Assembly (NCBI GenBank): GCA_964504875.1
Contig: CAZDFJ010000005.1
Coordinates: 23,225-87,224 of the forward strand
Direction: 5' to 3'
Length of the DNA: 64,000 bases
Source: an uncultured Burkholderiales bacterium
GTDB lineage: Bacteria; Pseudomonadota; Gammaproteobacteria; Burkholderiales; CAZDFJ01
A program made the position numbers and the translations under genes. The stretch's first letter is position 1, and the number at the start of each line of letters is the position of its first letter. The notes beneath the pieces are model-generated. The model was not told the origin of the DNA. It made no database searches and saw nothing but the letters and a program-made list of their open reading frames with translations. Shown piece after piece: positions 9,726-20,318 of the stretch.

Positions 9726-10152
9726 TCCTCTTTTGGCTGATTAAACAGTCGGATCAATGCGTTTTGCATAATGTTGCAAAACAACAGGGGTTTATTATAA
9801 AACAATTATGTTTATTTTTACTAAATTTATTCAATCAATTTTGTGATCATGTTGGAACTTTTCCCTAATTTTCTTGCCAGCGCCAAAAAAAGTTAAATTT
9901 GTCTCTTTTTTGAGACTTTTTACTATTTAACAAAAATGATTCAGATAAAATTATATTTTTTCTAAATAAAAATGCTTTATTCGGAAAAATATCGCATTTA
10001 AGCGAAATAAATCTGTTCAGGATCTTGCAAAATAAAATATCAAGATCTTTTTAACAAATTTATACCTCAACAAAAAATGATTAATCATTTCAATTAGGAA
10101 TGAGTGTGTTAAGATTAGAAAATGATAAATTCTTTGCACTTTCTCAACAGCT

Positions 10153-12369
10153 ATGCCGTTCTACTTTATTAAAATAAAATATAAATTTTTGTTGATGGTA
10201 CTTGCCATGATGGGGATTTTTTTAGTCAGTTTACCTATTGGTGTCCATCGTTATGATGCACTTGCACATATACAACGTATGCAAGTTAGTGAAGCGATCT
10301 TGCAAACTCAAACAACTAAAGTGACTAGTTTTTTTAAGCAAGCGTTTTTTAACATTAACGTATTATCACAAGTCTATCATCATTTTTCTGATGAAGAACA
10401 ACGCCTTTTTGCTCAAAATATAGCAACCTCGTCCCATTCAAATCAGGCTTGGAATCCATTTGTTTTTGCGCAAGTCGCACAAGAAAAAGCCTACAGGAAA
10501 CACGTTCTTTTTCTTTCGGAAGCGCCCCCAAAACAGGGGCAATATGTCGAATATCTTCCGTCCCAACAAATTTCCGTATCCTCTCCAAACCAGCAAATTC
10601 TTCAACTTTTTCAACAACTTCAATCGAATAAAAAACAAGTTATTTCTGAACCTTATGTCAATCAAAACCAGCACTTAATTATGATTGCAGTCCCTTTATA
10701 TGATGCGCAACAAAAATTGGTGGGACTGATTGGAACGGAGTTGGACCTCACGCACTTAGACAACCAACTGAAAAAAACAGCTTTACCCCCTGAAAGTCAG
10801 TTTTTTCTGGGGACGGCGCAATTGAATGATGCCGGGGGTATTCATGAACAAACAACATTTGGAAATTCGCTGACCGCAAATATTTTTCCACAAGAAGTTA
10901 TCGAAAAAATTAAAAATGCGTGGCAAACAGATTCAAGCGGCAAATTATATGAAATTTCAACAGAAACAATGTATTATCAAAGTTTGCCCATTTTATTTGA
11001 TTCCATGGAAACCCAATTCAAATGGATCGGTATTTATACGATTCCATTAAATGAATTTCCGATTATAAATTTTTTATGGAATCCAGTTGTTTTTGTTTTT
11101 TCTATTTTAGCTTTTCTATTGTTTTCAGGAAGTTATTATTTTTTCATGCATCCCGTTTTGAAAAAATTTAAACAAATTTTAAGCGTAATTCCCCTCTCAG
11201 AAAAAATTGTCCAGCATCGTATTCGTGATGAGTTTCATATCGCTTTAGAACAAATTCAATATTTAGAGGCGGAGAAAAATCAGCTGCAAGCGCAACATTT
11301 AACTTGTGTTGAAGAAACAACCCGTCTCAAATTTATCTTTGATTCCGCGAATGCAAATACCATGTTTGCCAATAATGATGGCATTATTATCTATGTCAAT
11401 CAAACTGCGGTAAAAACATTCCAAAACGCTGAAAAAGATATTCGTGAAGTTTTACCACATTTTAGTGCGGCACACATTATTGGTGCGAATATTGATACTT
11501 TTCATAAAAATCCCAATGCAATTCGTCAAATGATCCAAAAATTAACACGGACGCATTATGGTGTTGTACGCTTAGGAAATCGCATCTTCAAAATGATTGC
11601 GTCACCTGTGATTAATCAAAAAATGGAACGAATCGGGACCGCAGTCGAATGGTTTGATCAAACTGCCGAATTAGCTATTCAACGTGAAGTTAAGCAAATT
11701 TTAGGACAAGTAGTGCAAGGTGATTTGTCGTTACGTATTGATTTAAATAATAAAACAGAATTTCTAAAAGAACTTTCTTCAGATATTAATTCATTATTGG
11801 AAACAATTGAATCTGGCTTAAAAGACATCACAAATGGTATGACACATATTCAATTGATTGTTTCTGATAATGCACAAAAAGCAGCAATTGTTGAAACAAA
11901 AGCAAAAAATACACAAACTTTGGCTCAAACGGGTAGTGAACAAGTGAGCCAATTAACAACAACAATGAAAGTAATTAATAATAATGCCGAGAAAATTAAT
12001 GAGTTTTTAAATCTCATGAATGAAATTTCAATGCAAACCAATGTACTGGCATTAAATGCTTCGGTTGAAGCGGCGCGCGCTGGAGAAACAGGCCGCGGTT
12101 TTTCTGTTGTGGCTGACGAAATTCGAAAATTGGCTTCCCGTTCTGATAATGCTGCAAAAGAAATTAAACAATTAGTTCAAAATTCTTTAGTTTCTGTCCA
12201 TGAAGGGGATCTTGCTGTAACGCACGCCATTGAAAGTATTCAAACAATTACAGTTGCGGTGCAAGAAATGAGTACACATATGATTGCCCTTGCGGAATCG
12301 GCCATCAAAGAAACAGAAGAAATTTTATTTATTCAACAAACCGTCAATCAACTTCACAAGATTTCTTAA
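10153..12369 (+). CDS. methyl-accepting chemotaxis protein (periplasmic Cache-like domain, TM, PAS, MA domain)
   Basis: Signalling hairpin [34 protein letters not shown]; PAS block FHKNP...GTAVEWFDQT shared with the two downstream MCPs. The exact start is uncertain. Confidence 0.88.
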   Translation: MPFYFIKIKYKFLLMVLAMMGIFLVSLPIGVHRYDALAHIQRMQVSEAILQTQTTKVTSFFKQAFFNINVLSQVYHHFSDEEQRLFAQNIATSSHSNQAWNPFVFAQVAQEKAYRKHVLFLSEAPPKQGQYVEYLPSQQISVSSPNQQILQLFQQLQSNKKQVISEPYVNQNQHLIMIAVPLYDAQQKLVGLIGTELDLTHLDNQLKKTALPPESQFFLGTAQLNDAGGIHEQTTFGNSLTANIFPQEVIEKIKNAWQTDSSGKLYEISTETMYYQSLPILFDSMETQFKWIGIYTIPLNEFPIINFLWNPVVFVFSILAFLLFSGSYYFFMHPVLKKFKQILSVIPLSEKIVQHRIRDEFHIALEQIQYLEAEKNQLQAQHLTCVEETTRLKFIFDSANANTMFANNDGIIIYVNQTAVKTFQNAEKDIREVLPHFSAAHIIGANIDTFHKNPNAIRQMIQKLTRTHYGVVRLGNRIFKMIASPVINQKMERIGTAVEWFDQTAELAIQREVKQILGQVVQGDLSLRIDLNNKTEFLKELSSDINSLLETIESGLKDITNGMTHIQLIVSDNAQKAAIVETKAKNTQTLAQTGSEQVSQLTTTMKVINNNAEKINEFLNLMNEISMQTNVLALNASVEAARAGETGRGFSVVADEIRKLASRSDNAAKEIKQLVQNSLVSVHEGDLAVTHAIESIQTITVAVQEMSTHMIALAESAIKETEEILFIQQTVNQLHKIS

Positions 12370-12389
12370 TTTCTTAAAAAAAGAAGAAG

Positions 12390-12422
12390 GCCGTCTCATT
12401 AAAAAAATGACGGCTTTTTTTT
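12390..12422 (+). terminator. rho-independent terminator of MCP-1
   Basis: gccgtc ... gacggc stem followed by a T8 run, 20 nt after the stop. Confidence 0.7.
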
Positions 12423-12640
12423 CAAAAATGCTGTGTTTCTGTTACACTCAAATGATTCTGATAGAAAATAATTCTCATTTTTTTTGTTGACGAGAGATTT
12501 AATTAGATATTAAGACCTTAAAATCTTTTTATTCTAGATAAAACACCCTTTTAAATATAAAAATGAGATGTGTAATTAAGTAAGTTTAATCAAAAATATG
12601 GTACCTTTGTTTAACTATTATTAACTAAATTGCATTTTTA

Positions 12641-13573
12641 TTAAAATGCATGTGATTGCTGAAAATAAAGCTTTTGATACTCTACTGCGAGCTGTACTGT
12701 CTGAAAATAAATTTCGACTGTATCCAGAATATTGACTGCATATCCACCGGCCATACAAATGGCAATTGGAATGTGGCGCGTCAGACAGCTTTCAAAAACA
12801 AGTTGATCTCGATGCATAAGGCCTTGTTTTGAAAGATTTAAACGGCCCAGCCGATCGCCTTGATAAGGATCTGCTCCCGCTAAATAAATGACCAAATCAG
12901 GTTGTACCATCGTGAAAACATAACTGAGGCCTTGTTGCAAAGCATGCAAATAATCCTCATCAGTGGTGCCATCCGGAAGCGGAATATCCAAATTACTGTG
13001 CTCTTTTGTAAAGGGGAAATTATTTTCACCATGAATTGAAAAAGTAAAAATAGACTCATCTTGATGGCAAATAGAAGCTGTGCCATTCCCTTGATGTACA
13101 TCACAATCGATAATAATCACGGATGAAATTAACCCTTCATTTTGCAGGGTTCGCGCGGCAACCGCACTATCATTAAAAAAGCAAAACCCCTGCCCTTTGT
13201 CAAAAAAAGCATGGTGGGTTCCTCCCGCTAAATTAATCGCAATGCCGGATTGTAAAGCGGCCCGAGAGGCATCAATTGTGGCACCAACAGAACGCCGGGC
13301 GCGTTCCACAGCAGCAGGCGACCACGGCAGCCCAATTTGTTTGGTTTCGTGGGCAGAAAGCAAACCTTGATGTACCCGTTTAATATAATCAAGAGAATGC
13401 GCTAATTCAAGCTCCTCATTAGTTGCTGCATGAGGGCGAATAAAATCAATCTGTGGATTTAATTTAGTCCGGACATATTCTCGTAATAGGTGATATTTCT
13501 CCATAGGAAAACGATGATTTGGAGGTAAAGGTAGTACAAATTCATCAGTGTAAAAAACGGGTAATTTCATCAT
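12641..13573 (-). CDS. histone deacetylase-family (class II HDAC/AcuC-like) deacetylase
   Basis: GGTHHAF..GQGFCFFND...IIIDCDVHQGNGT active-site region. Start moved to MMKLPVFYTDEF because the upstream track extension is AT-rich nonsense. Confidence 0.85.
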   Translation of the reverse strand: MMKLPVFYTDEFVLPLPPNHRFPMEKYHLLREYVRTKLNPQIDFIRPHAATNEELELAHSLDYIKRVHQGLLSAHETKQIGLPWSPAAVERARRSVGATIDASRAALQSGIAINLAGGTHHAFFDKGQGFCFFNDSAVAARTLQNEGLISSVIIIDCDVHQGNGTASICHQDESIFTFSIHGENNFPFTKEHSNLDIPLPDGTTDEDYLHALQQGLSYVFTMVQPDLVIYLAGADPYQGDRLGRLNLSKQGLMHRDQLVFESCLTRHIPIAICMAGGYAVNILDTVEIYFQTVQLAVEYQKLYFQQSHAF

Positions 13574-13846
13574 AAGAATCATAAAAAGTTGTTGGGATAA
13601 AAAAATTTTTTGTTTATTGTAACAATAAATACATTTAATAATTCGAGTGATTTTAATAGTTGTTTTGATTAAAAATACAGTATTTTTTATTCTCCTTCTA
13701 ATCAATATACAAATTATGACAAAGAGTGATTTAAAAAGCTCAAATTAAATAATAATAATGAAATTTGTTTCTAATATTTTATGATATAATTATCCGCATA
13801 TAAAAAATAAATTTAAATAAAATCTCACAAAATGATGCTAAAAGTT

Positions 13847-13882
13847 AAATCCTTATTTTATATATGTGTTTTTTTTACAACA
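13847..13882 (+). promoter_or_regulatory. conserved upstream block (copy A), 207 nt before the MCP-2 start
   Basis: aaatccttattttatatatgtgttttttttacaaca matches 16640-16675 at 33 of 36 positions, at an equivalent distance from the start codon. Confidence 0.35.
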
Positions 13883-14088
13883 AATTACTACTTAGGTCAT
13901 TTATTTAATATAAAATTAGAGTAAAACTAGCTTATAAATGTAAAAAATAATATGTTTTTTGTAAAAATAACAAAATTAAATAAGATTTAAATCCTCAAAA
14001 AGGATATTTTTTTCAAATTGATCAGATTTTTTTGTCAGTATGTCTTTTAATTTTTTCTCAATTTCTGTAATTTTTTGGGGGCTTGAGG

Positions 14089-16299
14089 ATGTTTGAGCGT
14101 GTGAGTATTCGGGCGAAATTATGGCTCATTATGCTAGTCGCATTTGTAGGTATGATGGTCGTTACACTTTTTGGATTTCATATTTATAAATCAACGTTAA
14201 TTTCTGAGAAGATAGATAAAATCCAAGCAGCAGTCAGAATTGTGACAAGCGTACTAGATTATTATAATCATGAGGTCAGTGTTGGGCACTTAACAAAGGA
14301 TGCAGCACAAGAACGTGCGCGGACCATGATTGAAAAAATTGCGTATGAAAAAGAAGGTTATTTTTGGGTTGTCAATAATAGCGGAATTGTGATCAGTCAT
14401 CCTTATGCGACGCAGTTAGTTGGGACAAATGCGATGGATTTGCGGTCCACCGACGGTAAGAAAATCGTTCAAGAAATTTTGTCTGATTTAAAACAAAATG
14501 AGGCCGGAAAGATTATTTCGTATCAGTGGCAAAACCCTAAAGAGAATACACCCCGCGAAAAATTGAGTTATGCGCAAGCGTTCGCGCCGTGGGGATGGGT
14601 TGTGGTTTCGGGTGTATATATTGATCATATTGAACATTCTTTTTGGACAAATGCCATGCCTATGGGCATCACAATTACACTAACCATGTTCATTTTAGTT
14701 TTGACGGGCTTTTTCCTTTTTAAGAGCATTACATCCAATATTGATCTTATTTTGCATTATTTAAATAATATTGCGAATGGAAAATATGATGAAGATTTAG
14801 ACATTCCGCGTGGCAAAACAGAAATGCGGGCAGTTTTACTCGCACTCAAAAAAACCCAAGAAGAATTACGGCAATATATTTCCGCGCTACAGGAATCACT
14901 CAAACAAACTGAAATCATGAAAATTACACTCGATAATGTAACAACCTGTGTGATGATTAGTGATCCGGCGCATAAAATTGTTTACTTAAACAAAGCGGCG
15001 ACGAGCATGTGGGCTAAAAATGAACACATGATTAAAAAACAAATGCCGAACTTTTCCGCAAAAGATTTGTTGGGTTCCAGCATTGATGATAATCATAAAA
15101 ATCCAAAACATCAGCACGAATTACTTGAGAAATTGCAATCTGTGTATCGTTCTGAATTACGACTCGGCGGATTATATATGCGTTTTTCGGCGATTCCCAT
15201 TTTTGATTATGATAACCAACGAATTGGGACGGCGATTGAATGGTTTGACGATACTAAACAATATTTAATTCAAAACGAAATTGACAATGCGGTGGGAGCG
15301 GCGATTACTGGCGATTTTTCGCAAAAAGTTAATATTGGACAAATTGAAGGCGTTAATCACAGTATTGGAGAAGGAATCAATCGATTATTAGATAATACAG
15401 GCCGGGTGGTCGCCTCCATTGCAGAAATGATGGAAAGCATTGCAGATGGCGATTTGCGTCATCGAATTGAGCATTCATTTGAAGGAGTCTTTCAACAAAT
15501 TGTTGATGACGTCAATCTTACTACGGACCGATTATCAACCCTTATTGCAAATATCAAAGAAAGTGCAAATTTAATTCGATTTGCTTCTTCTGAGATTTCT
15601 TCGGGCAATATATCGCTTTCCGAACGAACAGAAAAATCAGGTTATAGCATTATTCAAACGGGTCAAAATATTTTGAACCTTAAAAATATGCTCGAAAAAA
15701 ATGCCTCCAGTGCCAAAGAAGCTAATGCGATGGTTTCTCAAACCTCAAATGTAGCGCATCAAGGTGAGCATGTTATGCAACAAGTCATTGAAACAATGCG
15801 TTATATTCGTGAAAGTTCCCAGAAAATTGAAGAAATTATTCACGTCATTGATGGCATAGCGTTTCAAACGAATATTTTGGCGCTCAATGCAGCAGTAGAG
15901 GCGGCCCGGGCCGGCGAACAAGGAAAAGGCTTTGCTGTGGTCGCAAGCGAAGTGCGTAGTTTAGCGCAACGTTCTGCCTCTGCATCAAAAGAAATTCGAA
16001 CCCTGATTATGAATTCTGTTTCTCGCATTGAAGAGGGCGCTTCCCTTGTTGAAACAGCGGGAAGCACGATGAATGACATCATGAATTCTGTCAATGCAGT
16101 GACTACCATTATGGATGCAATTAATCAAGCCTCTCATGAACAAATGGACGATATTATTGCAGTGAATCATGCCATTAGTGATATTGACAATGTCACACAA
16201 CAAAACACCGCGCTTGTAGAAGAAGTCGCCGCCGCCAGCGAAACGCTTCAAGAACAAGCAATGCAATTGGTTCGTGTCATTTCTAACTTTAAATTATAA
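14089..16299 (+). CDS. methyl-accepting chemotaxis protein (sCache_2-like, TM, HAMP, PAS, MA)
   Basis: [14 protein letters not shown]...W.WVVVSGVY Cache-like sensor; [43 protein letters not shown] 14089 is preferred to the TTG at 14083. Confidence 0.9.
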   Translation: MFERVSIRAKLWLIMLVAFVGMMVVTLFGFHIYKSTLISEKIDKIQAAVRIVTSVLDYYNHEVSVGHLTKDAAQERARTMIEKIAYEKEGYFWVVNNSGIVISHPYATQLVGTNAMDLRSTDGKKIVQEILSDLKQNEAGKIISYQWQNPKENTPREKLSYAQAFAPWGWVVVSGVYIDHIEHSFWTNAMPMGITITLTMFILVLTGFFLFKSITSNIDLILHYLNNIANGKYDEDLDIPRGKTEMRAVLLALKKTQEELRQYISALQESLKQTEIMKITLDNVTTCVMISDPAHKIVYLNKAATSMWAKNEHMIKKQMPNFSAKDLLGSSIDDNHKNPKHQHELLEKLQSVYRSELRLGGLYMRFSAIPIFDYDNQRIGTAIEWFDDTKQYLIQNEIDNAVGAAITGDFSQKVNIGQIEGVNHSIGEGINRLLDNTGRVVASIAEMMESIADGDLRHRIEHSFEGVFQQIVDDVNLTTDRLSTLIANIKESANLIRFASSEISSGNISLSERTEKSGYSIIQTGQNILNLKNMLEKNASSAKEANAMVSQTSNVAHQGEHVMQQVIETMRYIRESSQKIEEIIHVIDGIAFQTNILALNAAVEAARAGEQGKGFAVVASEVRSLAQRSASASKEIRTLIMNSVSRIEEGASLVETAGSTMNDIMNSVNAVTTIMDAINQASHEQMDDIIAVNHAISDIDNVTQQNTALVEEVAAASETLQEQAMQLVRVISNFKL

Positions 16300-16332
16300 T
16301 ATTTATTATTTTCTAATCCCGCTACTTGCTTA

Positions 16333-16366
16333 AACCAGAAATGTTTATCATTTCTGGTTTTTTTTT
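16333..16366 (+). terminator. rho-independent terminator of MCP-2
   Basis: aaccagaaatg-tttat-catttctggtt followed by a T-run. Confidence 0.85.
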
Positions 16367-16639
16367 ATAACAAGAAAACAGAATAAAATCTGAAAAAAAC
16401 AAAGGCAAGTTTTTTTTATAAAAACAGATTTTTTTCTATTTCACACAAAAAAAATCAGGCTATTTAAGTTTTTCTTAAGTAGAAATATGCCCCCAAAAAA
16501 TGCGCAGAAAGCACGTTTATTTTCCTAAAAATATTTTATAAAAAATCAAATATTTAACTAAATTAAATATATTTTAAGATATATAAATCCCAATATAAAT
16601 AAAAAATATTATCAATTCAGGATTTAATCTAGAAAAAAT

Positions 16640-16675
16640 AAACCCCTATTTTATTTATGTGTTTTTTTTACAACA
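16640..16675 (+). promoter_or_regulatory. conserved upstream block (copy B), 204 nt before the MCP-3 start
   Basis: aaacccctattttatttatgtgttttttttacaaca; see copy A. Confidence 0.35.
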
Positions 16676-16878
16676 TAAATAAAATTAGTGGGGCTTTTTA
16701 ATCCAAAAAGTAAGACAAATTATTTTTTATAAATAGAAAAAATAATATTTTATATTAGAAATTTTAAATAAAATCCCTTGTAAAATAAGGGGTATTTATC
16801 GCTATCATAATTTGAATAAAACAAAAATAATATCTGAAATCATATTGTTTTATTACATTTTATAAACAAAGGAAAATA

Positions 16879-19107
16879 ATGATGTTGCACTTGTTTGATC
16901 AATTGAGTATTCGCGCTAAACTTTATTGGATGATCATTATGGCGCTTTTAGGCATGATTATTGTCACTTTAGTTGGATTTAATTTATATAGGGAAAGTTT
17001 AATTCTAGAAAAAACGCGTCAAGTTAAAGCGTCCGTCCGAATTGCAACAAATTTAATGTCATATTATGATGCGCAAATCCGGGGGGGGGGGGGGGGTACA
17101 AAATCAGTGGCACAAATGCGGGTCAAACAGATTTTGGAACAAACCCAATATGACACGGACGGTTATTTTTGGATTATTGATACCAATGGCCAAGTAATTA
17201 GTCATCCATATGCGAAACAATTTGTGGGCAAAAATGTTTTTGATCAAAAATCGACAGATGGCAAACTTTTTATTCAAACACTTTTATCCACACTACGTAC
17301 TACTTCTCAAACGGAACAATTGATCACTTACACATGGCAAAATCCACAAGATTCTCAGCCGCGTGAAAAAATGAGTTATGCCCAAATTTTTGTTCCATGG
17401 GGCTGGATTATTGTTTCCGGATTTTATACGGATCAAATAGAACAGTCATTTTGGAATAATATTTTCCCGACTGCATTGGTTATTTTTCTTACGATGTTGG
17501 GATTAGTTTTAGCCGGCCGCGTTCTTTTTAAGAATATTTTAGAATCCATTGATTTAATTTTATATTATTTAAATCAGCTTGCTGACGGTAGATGTGACCA
17601 ATTTATTGAAATTTTGCATCCAAAAACAGAAATGGGTTGTGTCCTCCGTGCATTGAAGAAAACACAAGAGGAATTACGGCAATATATTTCTGCATTGAAA
17701 GAGTCATTAAATCAAAATGAAATCATGAAAATGACTTTAGATAATGTCACTACAGCAGTCATGATTAGCGATCCGGATAATAAAATTATTTATGTCAATA
17801 ATGCGGCCCAAAAAATGTGGGTCGATAACGAAAAAATGATTCAGCAACAAATTCCCAGTTTTTCTGCGGCCAATTTGTTAGGGTCCAGTATTGATGACAA
17901 TCATAAAAATCCCAAATATCAACATGATTTGTTAGAAAAATTGCAGAATGTCCATCGTTCTCAATTACGTTTGGGCGAATTACATATGCGCTTTGCGGCG
18001 ATTCCCATTTTTGATTACGAAAATAAGCGGGTTGGCACCGCCATTGAATGGTTTAATGACACAAAACAGTATTTGATTCAACAAGAAATTAATAAAGTCG
18101 TGACCGCAGCAATCTCTGGCGATTTTTCGCAAAAAGTCACATTAGGTCATGCAGAAGGGATTCATCATAGCGTTGTGACGGGAATGAATCGCTTATTAGA
18201 CAATACTGGCCAAGTTGTGATGTCGATAGCACAAATGATGAAAAAAATTACTGAAGGCGATTTACGTCATCGGATTGATAATCATTTTGAGGGAATATTT
18301 CAACAAATTGTTGAAGATGTCAATAAAACGACAGATCAGCTTGCTTTAATTATTTCAAATATTAAAGATAGCTCAAATTTAATTCATTCCGCTTGTGCCG
18401 AGATTTCTGAAGGAAATATCGCGCTCTCTCAACGGACGGAAAAATCAGCTGATAGTGTGATTCAAACGGTTCAAAATACAGTCACCCTAAAAACGGTACT
18501 TGAGCGTAACGCGTCCAGTGCTAAAGAAGCAAATATGATGGTCACGCAAACCGCAAGTGTGGCATTACAAGGCCAAAAAGTTATGCATGATGTCGTGGAA
18601 AAAATGGGATATATTCACGATAGTTCAAAAAAAATCGAGGAAATTATTCGTGTTATTGATGGCATAGCGTTTCAGACAAATATTTTAGCACTCAATGCGG
18701 CTGTGGAGGCGGCGCGGGCGGGCGATCAGGGGAAGGGTTTTGCAGTCGTTGCCAACGAGGTGCGTCATTTAGCACAACGATCGGCTTCCGCCTCAAAAGA
18801 AATTCGAGAACTCATTATGCATTCTGTTTCTCGCATTGAAGAGGGGGCAATGCTTGTTGAAAAAGCCGGATCGACGATGAATAATATTATGGATTCTGTG
18901 AATGGCGTCACCCATATGATGGATGAAATTAATCGGGCTTCTCACGAACAAATGAAAGAAATTACGTCTGTTAATCATGCCATTCATGAAATTGATCAGA
19001 TTACACAACAAAATACGGCACTCGTAGAAGAAGTCGCCGCCGCCAGCGAAATGCTACAAGAACAAGCGACTCAGCTCGTAAAAGTTGTTGAAAATTTTAA
19101 ATTATAA
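16879..19107 (+). CDS. methyl-accepting chemotaxis protein, tandem paralog of 14089-16299
   Basis: Collinear with MCP-2 over its full length and shares the same C-terminus (NFKL). SD AAGGAAAATAATG. Confidence 0.9.
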   Translation: MMLHLFDQLSIRAKLYWMIIMALLGMIIVTLVGFNLYRESLILEKTRQVKASVRIATNLMSYYDAQIRGGGGGTKSVAQMRVKQILEQTQYDTDGYFWIIDTNGQVISHPYAKQFVGKNVFDQKSTDGKLFIQTLLSTLRTTSQTEQLITYTWQNPQDSQPREKMSYAQIFVPWGWIIVSGFYTDQIEQSFWNNIFPTALVIFLTMLGLVLAGRVLFKNILESIDLILYYLNQLADGRCDQFIEILHPKTEMGCVLRALKKTQEELRQYISALKESLNQNEIMKMTLDNVTTAVMISDPDNKIIYVNNAAQKMWVDNEKMIQQQIPSFSAANLLGSSIDDNHKNPKYQHDLLEKLQNVHRSQLRLGELHMRFAAIPIFDYENKRVGTAIEWFNDTKQYLIQQEINKVVTAAISGDFSQKVTLGHAEGIHHSVVTGMNRLLDNTGQVVMSIAQMMKKITEGDLRHRIDNHFEGIFQQIVEDVNKTTDQLALIISNIKDSSNLIHSACAEISEGNIALSQRTEKSADSVIQTVQNTVTLKTVLERNASSAKEANMMVTQTASVALQGQKVMHDVVEKMGYIHDSSKKIEEIIRVIDGIAFQTNILALNAAVEAARAGDQGKGFAVVANEVRHLAQRSASASKEIRELIMHSVSRIEEGAMLVEKAGSTMNNIMDSVNGVTHMMDEINRASHEQMKEITSVNHAIHEIDQITQQNTALVEEVAAASEMLQEQATQLVKVVENFKL
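17081..17096 (+). repeat. 16-nt poly-G homopolymer inside the MCP-3 coding sequence
   Basis: atcc-G16-taca encodes RGGGGGT. It is currently in frame. Confidence 0.95.
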
Positions 19108-19141
19108 AAAATCTTATTAATTAGGCAAAGTTATCAGAAAG

Positions 19142-19177
19142 CAGATCAAAAATACGCTTATTTTTGGTCTGTTTTTT
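19142..19177 (+). terminator. rho-independent terminator of MCP-3
   Basis: cagatcaaaaata-cgct-tatttttggtctg (one G-U pair) followed by tttttt. Confidence 0.75.
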
Positions 19178-19240
19178 CGCTATTTTCATAAAATATGCTA
19201 AGATATTGCTTTTTTTCTTGGCTATAGAGCGTGTTCTCTT

Positions 19241-20317
19241 GTGTGGTCTGCGTTTTTTTCTTCTCAAAATAAAACATATCTTACTTTTCTTTTGGTAAGT
19301 CTTCTTTTTATTCTCTTTTTTTGTTTTTTATGGGCAATAGGGCAAGGCGATTTTGAGCTCCATTGGTGGCAGGCAGGGGGGCTGATTTTCCATAAAATGA
19401 GTTCATTTTACGAACAAAAAGAAACCATAGCGCCGGCTATTCCGGACGTTGTTTTATTTGAATTACGTTTACCTCGTATTGTAATGTCGATGTTGACAGG
19501 GGCGGCATTAAGCGTAGCTGGGGTCGCGATGCAAGGGCTTTTTCGTAACGCTCTCGCCGATCCAACATTAATTGGTGTTTCTTCAGGCGCGGCAGTCGGC
19601 GCCGCATTAAGTCTTTTGGGAACCCCCTTCTTTTTGGCTTTTCCTGAATATTTAACGTCGTGGTTTATTGCTTTCAATGCTTTTTTTGGCGGATTAATTA
19701 GTACTATTTTAGTGTATTATTTTTCCCGTTATCAGGGCCGCATTATACTTTCATGGATGCTGATCATTGGCATTGCGATGAGTACTTTGTCTGGCGCCAT
19801 TATTGGTTTTTTATCTTATTTTTCAAGTAATGAGGCCTTGAGACGTTTTGCTTTTTGGAGCTTGGGAAATTTAAATAACCTTCAGTCCGAAAGCATTCTG
19901 CTCATGGGAATAGTGTTTGTGGGGTGTTTTTGGGGATTACAACGCGAAGCTCTCGCGCTGAATGTTCTTTGTCTTGGTGAACGAGAGGCAAGCACTTTAG
20001 GTATTCCGTTGAAACAACTCAAACTTAAAATTATTACATTAACGGCGCTTTTAGTTAGTACTAATGTTGCGATTTGTGGCTTAATTGGTTTTGTAAGTTT
20101 AATTATTCCCCATATAATGCGTCTTTTGGTTGGGGCAAATCACCGTATTTTATATACATTTTCCGCATTAGGCGGAGCACTATTACTGTTACTCGCTGAT
20201 ACAGTTGCCCGAACTTGTTTGGCTCCGATCGAGCTTCCTGTCGGAATCGTCACGGCCTTATTGGGCGTGCCTTTTTTTCTGATTTTATTTATCCAAAAAA
20301 GACACGCGCTTGAATAA
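19241..20317 (+). CDS. FecCD/BtuC-family iron-chelate or B12 ABC transporter permease
   Basis: LRLPRIVMSMLTGAALSVAGVAMQGLFRNALADPTLIGVSSGA is typical of the FecCD family; multi-TM. GTG start as in the track. Confidence 0.85.
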   Translation: MWSAFFSSQNKTYLTFLLVSLLFILFFCFLWAIGQGDFELHWWQAGGLIFHKMSSFYEQKETIAPAIPDVVLFELRLPRIVMSMLTGAALSVAGVAMQGLFRNALADPTLIGVSSGAAVGAALSLLGTPFFLAFPEYLTSWFIAFNAFFGGLISTILVYYFSRYQGRIILSWMLIIGIAMSTLSGAIIGFLSYFSSNEALRRFAFWSLGNLNNLQSESILLMGIVFVGCFWGLQREALALNVLCLGEREASTLGIPLKQLKLKIITLTALLVSTNVAICGLIGFVSLIIPHIMRLLVGANHRILYTFSALGGALLLLLADTVARTCLAPIELPVGIVTALLGVPFFLILFIQKRHALE

Positions 20318-20318
20318 A

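Noticed and set aside
12388-12400. AGGCCGTCTCA in the MCP-1 terminator resembles the Neisseria AG-DUS AGGCCGTCTGAA.
   Set aside because: It is a single occurrence, it is mismatched at the 3' end, and no other copies are in the window. It is most likely coincidence.
13574-14088. Long AT-rich spacers (9726-10152, 13574-14088, 16300-16878, 43261-43757) as possible CRISPR arrays, IS remnants or decayed genes.
   Set aside because: They contain no regularly spaced direct repeats, no terminal inverted repeats and no residual long ORFs with recognisable protein similarity.
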